A stretch of 64,000 bases of DNA. It comes from Octopus bimaculoides (lineage: Eukaryota). A program made the position numbers and the translations under genes. Under the pieces are notes generated by a model. The model did not search any database. It had not been told where the DNA came from and saw only the letters and a list, made by a program, of their open reading frames with translations. Below are positions 40,251 to 53,400 of this stretch, in pieces. The number at the start of each line of letters is the position of its first letter. The first letter of the stretch is position 1. Location of the stretch: assembly GCF_001194135.2 (NCBI RefSeq), contig NC_068983.1, positions 72,861,039 to 72,925,038 on the forward strand, given 5' to 3'.

Positions 40251-41404
40251 ATATATATGTATGTATCTATCTATACACACACACACATCATCATCATCAT
40301 CATTTAACATCCCCTTTTCCAAGCTGGCATGGGTTGAATGGTTTGACAAGAACAGATGAGCCAGATGATGATGATTTTATATATATACTAGACTACCCAT
40401 GATCCAATCGTTCAAGGTACCTGTGGTCCGATTCATGCAAAACTGGTTTTATTCCATTTGTATTCATATTTCAATGATACCTTGTGTTCACAGTAAAGGG
40501 CAATAACTCCAGGTTTCACTGCTTAAATTTGTGGAAACAAACCCCCCAAAAATGCACATCTCTGGAATCCATGGTCCGATTTATACAAAACTTGTTTTAT
40601 CCTGCTTGTATTCACATTTCAGGGATATCTTACTCTCAGAGTGTTTTCTCATTATGCGCTGGTTTGGCTGTATTAAATTACACAAGCAAGCAATCACAGA
40701 CTTTTAGTATTATATAGATATCTATAATAATAAATGCAAAAGTGAATGTCTGTGTCATACTTTTTCAACTTTACTCCTCCGACCCCCTTCTCTCACTATT
40801 CAGTAGCACTTCTACTATTCCTCATGCTTTACCCCTCTCTCCTCTCACTATTCAATTACACTTCTACTATTCCTCATGCTTTACCCCTTTCTTACTATTC
40901 AATGACACTTCTAGCTGTATCAAGTAATTTAACCATAACACGTGTTTCATAATATTTAAACTGAAATATGTATTGAACCCACTCTCTCATACAATATTAC
41001 TTCTCATAACTCTCTACCATAAAAATGTTGGAAACTTAGTATTTTTTCAGATATTGATAAAATTTGTTGGACCTATTTGTATGCCATCGGCCATCAGAGC
41101 TATGGAAACTTAATGCATTCCAACTGCATGAAAATAGATTTGACTAATTTTATTATTACCTTAAAAAATACTAATTCTACTCTCTAAAAAAAGTTTTTTT
41201 CTTAATCCTAACATTTTGGAAAAAATATTTCTCTAGGTGCAGGAGTGTCTGTGTGGTAAGTAGCTTGCTTACCAACCACATGGTTCCAGGTTCAGTTCCA
41301 CTGCATGGCACCATGGGCAAGTGTCTTCTACTATAGCTTTGGGCCGACCAAAGCCTTGTGAGTGGATTTGGTAGACAGAAACTGAAAGAAGCCCGTCATA
41401 TATA

Positions 41405-41445
<41 letters not shown>

Positions 41446-44400
41446 ATGTATGTATGTGCATGTGTATATGTTTGTGTGTCTGTGTTTGTCCCCCCAACAT
41501 CACTTGACAACCGTTGCTGGTATGTTTACGTCCCCGTAACTTAGCGGTTCGGCAAAATAGACCAATAAAATAAGTACTAGGATTACAAAGAATAAGTCCT
41601 GGGGTCGATTTGCTCAACTAAAGGCGGTGCTCCAGCATGGCCACAGTCAAATGACTGAAACAAGTAAAAGAGTAAATATTATAACTATTTCCAAAAGTAA
41701 TTTCCAAAATAAACATTTTGAAAAATTCTGACACATGCTTCATAATGTTCAGAACTGAAACCCATATTGAACTCACTCTCTCATGCAGTATTACCTCTCA
41801 TAACTCTCTACCATAAAAATGTTCGAAGCTTAGTATTTTTTTCAGATATTAATAAAATTTGTCAGACCTATTTTCATGCCACCAGAGTTATAGATACTTA
41901 GTGCACTTCGACTGCATGAAAATAGATTCAACTAATTTTATTATTACCTTAAAAAATACTAAAAATACTAAATTTCAAACATATTTATTGTCAAATACAT
42001 TTAGAGCAATTCCAAACCATAAAAATCGCACTTTAAAATATTGTTTAGCAACAGTGATGTAATTTTCCTTCAAACTACAAACAGGAGTTTATATACGTAC
42101 CAGCTACTACAGATAATTGTTTGTATGAAAAGTAAGACCCTACATACATCAAATTGTCTTTAAATTAAGTGGTGGCAGAAGAATTATCGTTGAATTTTTA
42201 GAAGGTAAGTTTATTGTTGCCCACAGCCAGCTATAGGGAATGGAAACAAGCTATTTGTACTGAACCTGCACAGGAAAACAAAAAATGTTGTTTATCATAC
42301 AGCATTGCCATAAGTTCCAAATCAACAAATTATATCATTGTTTTGATGAAAATTGTTCATTGCTTGAAATAAAATTCAAGTTCAATAAAATTTAATTTAA
42401 ATGCATGAAGTGTCATTGTTGGGCCCAAGGCCCACTGAAGTGCCCTTTACAGGGGCTAGCTTTTAAGCCAGTATATAATATATGTATAATACATATAATC
42501 ATCATTATCATTTAACATCCACTTTTCCATGCTCACATGAGTTAGATGGGATTTTGTTAAAGCAAATTTTGTGCAGCCAGATGCCCTTCTTGTTGCCAAC
42601 CTCCACTTGTGTCCAAGCTTTCATGTATTCAGATAAGTTTGCATGTTGTGAGAGAAAAGAAGAATTTGACATTTTGGAATTAACTCTTTGTCAGAGAGAG
42701 ATGGAACAAATTAATTTCATTCCCAAACTATCAGATTCCTTTTCTTCTTGCCGCATACAAATTTCTCAAACACCTGAACCACACAATACGATTTTTTACC
42801 AACAGAGGCTATCACCTTTTTACCCTGTTTTTTTTTTTTTAATTTACTTAATATTCATTTTGTTTGTTTTTTTATGTTTGCATGGTTGGATGGTCATTAT
42901 TGAGGAATTTTGCTCTTATCTGCTTTACCCGAAGAAATTTCATTTTATTCCACTTCTCTTCAAAAGTACAGAGCCACAGGATGATTCATAATATATTACT
43001 ATCTACCATATGTATATATATTCTACATTTGTGTTTGATAAGCATATGATTGGCATAAACAGATTTGTAGTTTGATACAGGAATAGTATATTTTATGTTC
43101 AATGAAAAAAGAAAAGAAAAAATGCCTTATGGTCTATACTGTTGGTTTAATTAAATATTATATTGTATCAATCAAAAACGTAATGTACGAGTTTAATAAT
43201 AAAAATCATTTTTGCCTTTCTTTCCATTTCAGAACCAAACAAAGTAAATTCATACAGCAATGACAATGAGAAACAAATGCTTGAAACAACCAATCTAAAC
43301 AAATTAATGAATCTCAAAAGAAGTTCTGAAGTAAACAATATAATTACATTACATATTTCTAAAATATAAAAACATATTTATCATCATAAAAGGCTTAGTA
43401 TGAGACTATCATTCAATGTGTTGTTGTTGCTATTATTATTATGAAGATGGTGAGATGGCAGAATTGTTAGCTTGCCAGATAAAATGTCTAGCAGCATTTC
43501 ACCCATCTTTATGATCTGAGTTCAAATTCCGCCAAGATTGACTTTGCTTTTCATCCTTTCAGGGTTGATAAAATGAATACCAGTTGAGCACTGGGGTCAA
43601 TGTAATCAACTTATTCCCTCCCCTGAAACTGCTGGCCTTGTGCCAAAATTTGAAATTATCATTATTATTATTATTATTACTACTACTACTACTTAGGCAG
43701 TGAGCTGGCAGAATCATTAGCATGCCAGGCAAGATGCTCAGCGGCATTTTGTCCATCTTTATGTTCTTAGTTCAGATTCTGCCATGGTCGACTTTGCCTT
43801 TCATCCTTTCAGGATCAACGAATAAGTTCTAGTTATGCACTGGGATCGATGCAATTGACTAGCCCTCTCCCCAAAAATTTCAGGCCTTGTGCCTAGTAGA
43901 AGTATCATACCAAACTGACCAGGACTTGTATGTTTTTAAGAAGTTTCTCTGAGATAAAGTATTACAGCTATTGCCATTCTGCATGATAAATGTTATATTC
44001 ATCAGTATTTTTTAAACTAATGCTATTTCAAATGCATATACTGAATTAATTTTAGCTTAACTAGCTTTTGCCAAATCAGTGAATGTTTTGTTTTCTGATT
44101 TCTTTATTTATTAGAATGAATATTTCAACTTAGCTCAGAATGTCCAAGGGTGTTTTGTCACTGAGGAAACACCATATCAATCAGATTGAAACACCATATC
44201 TGATAATCTACTGACAGTATTCTGAATGAGCTCTCTTTTTTAATACACAAATCTCTTTGAGAAGTTTCTCTGAGACAAAATATTTATTGATGCCATTCTG
44301 TGTTTCTATACAAATTATTATTTTAATCAAGTACTGATTCAACTGCATCTATTGATCTAATATATTTCATCCATGCTTGCATGGATCAGATGAGAGGATG

Positions 44401-47400
44401 TTGGTGCAGAGTTATCTGTGGCTGGATGTCTTTCTTGCCACCAACTTCTACATGAGGTTACGATCTCCCAAACGCACACACACACACATATAAATGAATA
44501 TGTGTGTGTATAATGTGTTGTTATTTACCTCCAATTCTGTTGTATTTTAGGCAACCTCTCATATCCTTGCTTAGATTGAGATAAAATATTGCTGATATTC
44601 AATTTACAATTTCATCTTCTGTAGCTCTTTCTCTGTTATAACACCAAAATCATTACATTTGCAGTGTGATGTTGACAACCAGTCACAGCTTGTTGTAATC
44701 AGAGTGAAGGAAAATATGAAAGATCCTGAATTTCTAATCAGAACTAGTATTAAGGGAATTAATACACCTGATTTGCTTCATTTTCAGGTTTGTAGCCTTT
44801 ATTTCTTTGTTTGATATCATCATTCCATTTTTGTTATACCCAGAGGCACCCAAGATGCATAACCACTGACCGCAGTAACTATTTTAAACTATGATATCAA
44901 TTATTGTCATGTGTCCCTAGAGATATGCTGCAAAACACTGCTTACCCAACTGATGTCAATCACTTATTTTGCCTACTCCACTGTTGATTTGATTAAAACT
45001 AGGAACGACATTTAGCTATAAACAAATATTTTCTCAACAGATACATACTAGAATGTTACCTGTTATATGATGGGTAACATTGGAAGTATACTTATGCCAC
45101 TATGGTCAATATTAGGAAATATGGCACCTGTGCAATAATTATAATTCAACTTTTATCAAATTTCTTGATATTTATTTATACAAAATAATGAAATGGATAT
45201 TAATTTTCAAAAGAAAAATATTTATTACCATAAAATTAAATAACACAAATTTCTCATTTCTATAACCATCATTTACTCCCTCTCCTCCTCCTCTCTCTAT
45301 GATTTTTCCTCCTTCATTGTGCATGTGTGTACAGCGTTCCTTTACCCATTGCCTAATAACTGCACTCATCCTACACTTCTTATGATAACTCTTTCCATAT
45401 CTCTCTTTTACTCTCTCTGTACGATGTAAAGCTTGATTAGAAAAATCATCAAACCAACCAACCAACCAATGTTTATATTAGCTATTATTATACAGAGATC
45501 TCTAAATTATTGTAAGATTCATATTGACCAGAACTTTAAATTTTGCCTGATGGCTTATTCAACCACTTTGACCAAACAAAGCAGAACTTGAAGGGAGAGA
45601 TTTAAAGCCCTAGTCAACATGAATTTTACAATAAATTTGACTCTACCTTCAGTATCAAGCTCCCTACCCATCAATAAATGTTCTGTTTTTATTCTTTAAC
45701 TTACTTTAAAATAATAACCTCAATTTGACATTTATCTGTGTAAATTATCAAGAACCCTCTCATCTGTATTAGCATGGAAAACAAATAAATACAGTAAAGG
45801 AAATTGGTAAATTGGTGACAGTCAAACTGTATTATTAGCTGAAATATCAACTCATTCATTACATTCACTTTGAACTAGGTTTCACAGCCTTTTCCCCCAT
45901 TCTGTCATCAGTACCATAGCTTTTTAAGTCATTGCTGTGTTGTTGTTTAGTCTCATGTCAAACTTGATTGGACAGACCTAGGGTCAAAGGCAGTCCAGAC
46001 ATAACCATTTCATCTTTTTTCTATATCAGGGACATTTGGAAGCTATTTCTAGTAGGTCTACTGACTGGGTAGAAGCCAAGTTCAACATCTCATTAAGTAG
46101 AATTGTAACCTGTTGTCAGTCAAGCTACCCACATATAACACACTAACACCAATGGTTTTTTACAGTTATAGAAGATTGATGAAAATCATCTCAATTATGT
46201 CATAGTTAAGAGAATGAAAACAAACAACTTATATTACACATATAACAGAGCATGTTAGTTTTATTTCTTTCCAGTCTTTTCAGTCCTCTGAATTCAAGGC
46301 CCATGTTTCACCACCATGCAAACATTGCACTTCTAACATAAGTGTCGTACAATCTGCCCTTCACTTTGAGGGAAAAGACTTGTTACCAGGAGATTGATAA
46401 AATATATTACATGTCATTCATTGCACATAATATTCAGCAAATTGACATCAATAGATGAGCTAATGAGAGAGCCTCAACATGCTAAAGTTAGCAACCAAAC
46501 ATGCTAAAAATAGCAACCAAATTTCCCTCTGATCACACCCTACAGTCAGGATATGATTTAAAATAGGAATGACATGTTGAATAATGTAATCCCTGATAGT
46601 CTGTTTCTGAAGAAAATAAAGATGGTCATGAAATGCCATTTGATCTTAAGTTAGCTCATTCAGAGTTGACAAAGGACTAATAAAGAAAAACAGTCATTTG
46701 TATACAAACACTGCTGATTATCATTGCCTTTGTAGAAAGAAAATCTTGTTGAATATTTTTTTTTTCAGACTTTAAAACAAGTTCTCATCATTGGAAGCAA
46801 CATACAGACTTCTCTGCAGCTTTTTAATTTTGCCAAGGATTTTAAGTTAATTAAACTTGCTAATGTGGTAGGTATTGTGTTTGATTCTTTTTTTCTCTTT
46901 CTTTTTTTTGTATTGTTTAAAAGAAATATTCTTTACCAACTCCTTGATTAATTTTTCTTTTTAACAAATAAAATTGTGAAAGAGCTGTTCCTTTTATTTA
47001 GATAATTGTCTTTTATATAGGCACACAGGAAAAATCACAGAAATGTAAATTGAATTTATGATTTTTTTTCTTATTTTTTCCTTTAATGACACTGATGGTG
47101 AAACTAAATAAGAAATATCAACAGCTAGAAATCAAAACTAAGCTAGTGACTTCACTTGTGAGGTTACTCCTACATGTATCTTTATTATAATGTGATTTAT
47201 TATTGAGCTGGTAGAACTGTTAATGCAGTGAAACAAAGTGTTTAGTGGCTTTTCTTCTGGCTCTTTTCAGTCTGAGTTTAAATACTGCTAATTTCAACTT
47301 TGCTTTACATCCTTTTAGAGTCAATAAAATAAAGTACCAGTCAAGTGTTGGGTTCAATATAATCAAATGACCCCATCCTCACAAAAATTTTCAGGCCTTG

Positions 47401-50400
47401 TGCCTATAGTAGAGAGAATTATTATTAGAGTACTGGATTGGCAGAATCATAAATATGTCAGACAAATTGACTTGTGGTATTTCCTCCGGTACCTTCTAGG
47501 TACAAGACTAACTCGATGACAAATTGCAAAAAAACATTCAGTTAAGAATCATATGTCAAAATGTATAGATTCAACATAGCCACATGTAAAAAAAAAACTG
47601 TATAAAAGTGTTAATTTAAAGTGTCCTATTGCAGAAATGTTGCTTCTTGTCTAAATTAATTGTGAATATGATAGCCTTAATTGAATTATGTCACTTCTTT
47701 GTAGGAACTTGAAACCCACAGTCGTCCAAAAGGTGTTTGTAGTCTTCCACCAGAGTTTTCCACAAACAGCAGTAACGGTAACATGTTAATCATGCTAGGT
47801 AAACGCTCAGAGACAAGCCCTTCCATTTTCTCCACCTCCACAGAATCTAAGTATGAACTGTGGTTGCAGTGCTTTTCACTGGACAACGCACAAAGTAAGT
47901 TGATTTATTATTTTATTTCTAACAGAGATGGATTAACCCTTTCATCACTATATTTCTGTTGAAATGCACTGCCTTTTTTTCAATTATTTTTTAAAATATT
48001 AAACTAATGCTGACCTCATTCATCTGGGGTTTGGAACATAAATTAACATGAAATTTTAATGGAAATTTTCAATTAGATTACTTTAAAATGTGAAATTTTT
48101 ATCAGGACCAAGGGCGGTTTCAGGCAAGTTGGTATCTAAAGGGTTAAACACAAAGAAGTGTGTTTGTATCTTTCGTGTAATACAAGTGATATTGGTTGTT
48201 ATTATTGAGCCCCAAGTCAACCACATTCAAGCAGAACTATGATTAAATGTCTTCCACCCATGACCATCACATTTCCATGTATATCAGTGTATCCTTTATT
48301 TAAAACAGTGTGATGTGATTTGAGTGAAATTTGACTTTAATTCAAGTAGGTTTACCAATAGTATTGAGCGGTGGTCATGATGGGTGTTTGCTTTAATAAA
48401 GATATGCTTCTGACAAACTAAGCTTGCAACATGGTATCAGTAACCAGTTGTAGCTATTTCTTTATAGTTATGCTAACTTCTATGTTTAGATCTGATTAGG
48501 AAATACACTATTTTGTCATGCTCTTTCATCTACTATATTGTACAGCTACTTAGTGACTCTCTCATGAAGTTTATGTTTCACAGATGATGTCTATTAAGAT
48601 TGAAACACGTCTAGTGTTGTCTCCCATATTTGCTGAAAATATTAAAATATTTGTCATTAACCTAATATTGCCTTTTCTTTCTTTTTACATAAGCATTTCT
48701 AGCTATAGTTTTGAAGCTCTCTACATTAAAATATGTTAACTAAGATGAAACATTTGACTGTCACCCTAATATACAAGATAGATAATTTTACACACAAACT
48801 GGTAACAAGGTATCCTATAAATAATTACATGTTAAAATTATCATATGCATATTTTTTTTGTTTTCATATTCTCTTGAACCTTTTTATATTTCATTTGAAA
48901 TATTAATCCTCCCACTTGTATATATTGGATCATCCCATAAATAATGCAATTTTTTCAATTGCATGAACTAAAAGTCGGACTTATACTTTGTTAGCCTAGT
49001 ACTTATTCTATTGGTCTCTTTTTGCCGAACTGCTAAGTTATGGGGATGTAAACACACCAACATCAGTTGTCAAGCAATGGTGGAGGGGGGGACAGAGATA
49101 CACAAACATATATATAGGATGGGCTTCTTTCAGTTTCCGTCTACCAAATCCAATCACAAGGCTATAGTAGATAATACTTGCCCAAAGTGCCATGCAGTGG
49201 GATTAAACCCAGAATCATGTGGTTGGAAGCAAGCTTCTTACCACACCTGCACCTGTATATTTGTAAATGTTTAGAACATTTTACTGCTATGTTTACATAT
49301 ATGTTCTTGTGCACTACTATCATTTTTCTTTTGACCCAACATATGGAAGATTAGCTGCCTCGGATCTTTGTGATTTGACGGGCAACACTTGTTTTCTTAA
49401 CGAAACACTTTCAAACTTGGGACACTGGTAGAATGTGTCATACAAAACAACTTTTTCTCTTAGCCTTCTTAACAAAAAAATGTACATCGCAAGTTATTTC
49501 ATGTTAAAGTTGTCGTATTTCTGTAATTTCAACCAATCACTGACGTCTATTCAGCTGAATACAGTCAGTGCTGGCCGGTCATAAAAATATTATTCCCTAT
49601 GACATATTTCATCCGGTTTAATCGTAATTTATACGCATATATTGTTTATATAATAAATTACGCTGTGCGTATCTGTGTGTGTATATTTTTCCCATAACCT
49701 CACTCATAACCCTAACCCCAACCCTAACCCTAACTCTAAAACCTGAACCCTAACTCTAAAACCCGAACCCTAAACTAGAGTTTGATTTGAAGAAGATTTG
49801 GCTTCAAATTCTAGGAAATGAAGCACTTGGTGGAGGTGCATTAATAATTCTGGTAGCTCCAATAACAAGTGCAGGCAATATTCAAGTATTTTGATGGCTT
49901 TTTCCCCTTTGTTTACAAACAGTCTAGTTAATCAGAAATGTCAGAACTAACGGGGACTAATACCATATACACCGTCACAGCAGTTACTGTATTCAACTGA
50001 ATAGACGTCAGTGATTAGTTGAAATTATCAAAATAAGACAATTTTTAACGTGAAATAACTTCGAATACAAATTTTATTATCTGTAGTATACCAGAAAATA
50101 TACAAGTATACGAAGTTTGAAAGTGTTTCGGTACCAAAAACACTACATAAAAAAATGTTGCCCGTCAAATCACAAAGGTCCGCTGCCTCTATTTTTGCCC
50201 CACTTGTTTGATTGCTTGAGTGTATGTTCAGTTTTCTTAGAAATTATCCAATCCAGCAAGTTGACATCTTTATACCTTTGCTTACAACTCGCTACATCCA
50301 CTCCTTACTTGTCTCTGAACCTCTGCTACTGTGCAACTCTCTTTTACCCCTTTCCTACACTCCACATCATATTCTTATTTCTCATCTGTCTATGGTTTTA

Positions 50401-53400
50401 TTATGCTGCTGCTCCCCCCCCCACTTCTTGTGCTATCACTTGTCTCCCCCCCCACTTCTTGTGCTATCACTTGTCTCCCCCCCCCNNNNNNNNNNNNNNN
50501 NNNNNNNNNNNNNNNNNNNNNNNNNNNNNNNNNNCCCCCCCCACTTCTTGTGCTATCACTTGTCTCCCCCCCCACTTCTTGTGCTATCACTTGTCTCCCC
50601 TTCGATCATCCACCCCCCAACCTCCAACTGATATTCATCGTTTACCACATCTCCACCATGTTCACTACATTCATCTATATTCCCCATCGCTAACCATCTG
50701 TCACTCTCCTTCACATTATTTGCAAACTTACCCATCCACCTTTCCCAATCCTCTAGTCTCTCTTATATATTCACCTTCTTGCAAACTTGGTACACCCTGA
50801 TATCTTCTCACCACCAACATTTCTCTATAGTAAAACACCTGTTCCTAACACATTTTAGCCTCTTAACACTTGGTGCAAAGCCACATCCTTCAATACTGCA
50901 CACTGATTCAGTCAAGAGGTCTTGTTTTGCAAATTAGTGAGTGACCTCATTAGTGCTGGTGCTACAGAAAAAAAGCACCAGTACATTCTGTGAAGTGGTT
51001 CACATTAGGAAGGGCATAAAAAAAAGTAAGGATTTATACAAACAAATGAAATTTAAGTAGAAATATATTCACACACACATAATTACTTTCAGATGTTGGG
51101 CACTTAGAGCATAAATATTCTTAGATATTTTATACCATTTTATCTTGTAGCTTCAAGATTTCGATGACATGATTGTTTATTTTTAGAATGACATTGTAGG
51201 GTAGGTATGAGAAGCCAAATCTAGATGGTTTGAACATAAAACAAGGTAGAACATTTGGGCCAGATATGACAAGTTTAAATGTTAAAGGGTTAAGATGAAC
51301 TTCAATGATTTGGCTTCTATTTCTTGCTGGTTGAACAACTACATTGAGGCTCCCTCGTTGGCTTGCATTTGCCAGTATATGCAAGTGTGTTAAGTCCATT
51401 GGACATGTACATCATACAAATAATACACATTTGCAGGAACTGATGTGGCATTTTGCTTAGATAAGAGTATCCTTCTCTCTATCTATACACCCATCTCAGC
51501 TTTCAGTCTTTAATAAATCCAGTGTTAATAATATTTGGAAAGATGGCTGAATCAGTAGAGCAACAAACAATATCGATAGTGATATATATCATATCAAGGC
51601 GACGAGCTGGCAGAAACGTTAGCACGCTGGGCGAAATGCTTAGCGGTATTTCGTCTGCTGCTACGTTCTGAGTTCAAATTCTGCCGAGGTCGACTTTGCC
51701 TTTCATCTTTTCGGGGTCGATTAAATAAGTACCAGTTATGCACTGGGGTCGATATAATCGACTCAATCCGTTTGTCTGTCTTTGTTTGTCCCCTCTGTGT
51801 GTAGCCCCTTGTGGGCAGTAAAGAAATAACAAACAATATCCATAGTGGTATTTGGATACAACCCTTAACTCTTTTGATACCAACTTACCTGTGACCACCC
51901 TTGGTTCTATAATGTAAAAACTCTGTTTTAAAGTGATCCAACCTAAAAACTTGCATCGAAATTTCTTATTAATTTATGTTCCAATCACCAGCTTAACATA
52001 GTTATTTTACTAAATTCTTCATTATTTTCAAAATTAATTTAAACAAAGGCAAGGTATTTCAATAGAAATATGGTAATGAAAGTTAAAACCTGTCTGATAT
52101 GGTTTAGTTAGTTTCCCCTTACCTTTCATCTTTCCACAGTCAACAAAATAAGTGCTGGTGTCACTAGAATTGACTATACTCTAGAAGGTGGTATTCCAGT
52201 ATGGCCAGTGTTCATTGCCTGAGGTTTTTCTCCAGCCATACTTTCTACTTGTTTATTTCCAACTTAGCTCTCATAAAATATTTTAATTATCAATGATTTC
52301 CATAATGTAAAATAGTTTACTGATGGAACTGTAAGTTATTTAGGTGAGAACATTTGTTTTAAATAATTGTCCATTAAGAAGCTGCTTCTACATTCTTCAC
52401 CTTGATAAACAATGAATATTTTTTCTGGTAGTCAAACGTTACTTATAAATATTGTAAAGTTTATTGTCTGTTATGTTTTCCATCTTGGAGCTTCATGGTC
52501 ATCAATAAAATAGTATAGAGATTAACTTAAGAAACTATTCCTCTTTGGTGCCTGTCTTAAGTCAAGGACCAATGCTTCTTAATCATCAAACATGATTTCT
52601 TCAGTCTTGGATTAATTCTAAATACTCTGTATAATTGAAAATAGTTTGTTTCTAATTTCTTACTCACAAAACTGGTTTACCGCTTGCCTGCCTGAGATAT
52701 CTCTTTGGAATGTGTGACACAGAGTCAATTACTAGACTGTGCAATTTATCTGATCCTCTTCACTGCTCTCAGAATGTTATTTTCGTTATAGTGTGTTGTC
52801 TTGGTTACTATATTGCTTAGAATTTTGTCTGAACTACTTGTTCTTGTTGATTTAGGCTATCATCAAGTAACCATGTTATTTATTCTCATGCATATGGGAT
52901 GTAAAGATTTTCTTTTTTTTTTTCTGTTATTTTGAGATGGAAAACATAAATATGGCATTTATTGAAATAGTATTGTTTAATATGTTTCTTATATAGTCAC
53001 AGGTTTACAAGAAAGGAGTTAGGAAGTGCCTAGACTGTGACATTTTTTTCAAGAGCATTAGGAATATTAGGGAAACTGATTCATCTAAAATCTAAAATTG
53101 CTTCAATCTTTTTCTGAGAAATTACTGCCACAATATTTTGTTGTCCGTGTGTGTGAGTGTGTTAGCTGTATATCATACTTAAAGCATATATACTATTGAA
53201 ACCTTCTAAACTGCAGTATTTGTCTCAAGAAAGTATCTCTTATAGATGTATAGTGTTAAAAACACATATCAACAGCAGATGAAAATTATTCAGCAACAAC
53301 AGTGGCATTGCTACTTCTTTGAGCTTCATCAATAGCAGGTATCACTAGCATCATATGCTTAGCAAAAATCAGCTGTTTGCTGATGTAATTAAACAGGAAT

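Noticed and set aside
42482-42991. 169-aa ORF
   Set aside because: It starts in an old RTE tail and continues in low-complexity AT-rich intron; no splice or homology support
46275-46420. Possible exon with EFKAHV, similar to human NLKAHV
   Set aside because: The frame ends in a stop with no good donor; 46769-46867 fits phase and alignment better
47686-47886. Antisense ORFs over exons 11 and 12 (also 56820-57119)
   Set aside because: Shadow ORFs of the real + strand exons; no independent antisense gene found
49707-49775. True telomere or chromosome fusion site
   Set aside because: Short, degenerate and internal to a TSD-flanked transposon
50117-50800. 227-aa ORF and overlapping ORFs
   Set aside because: They span the transposon end, the minisatellite, a gap and a pyrimidine-rich tract; no protein-like features
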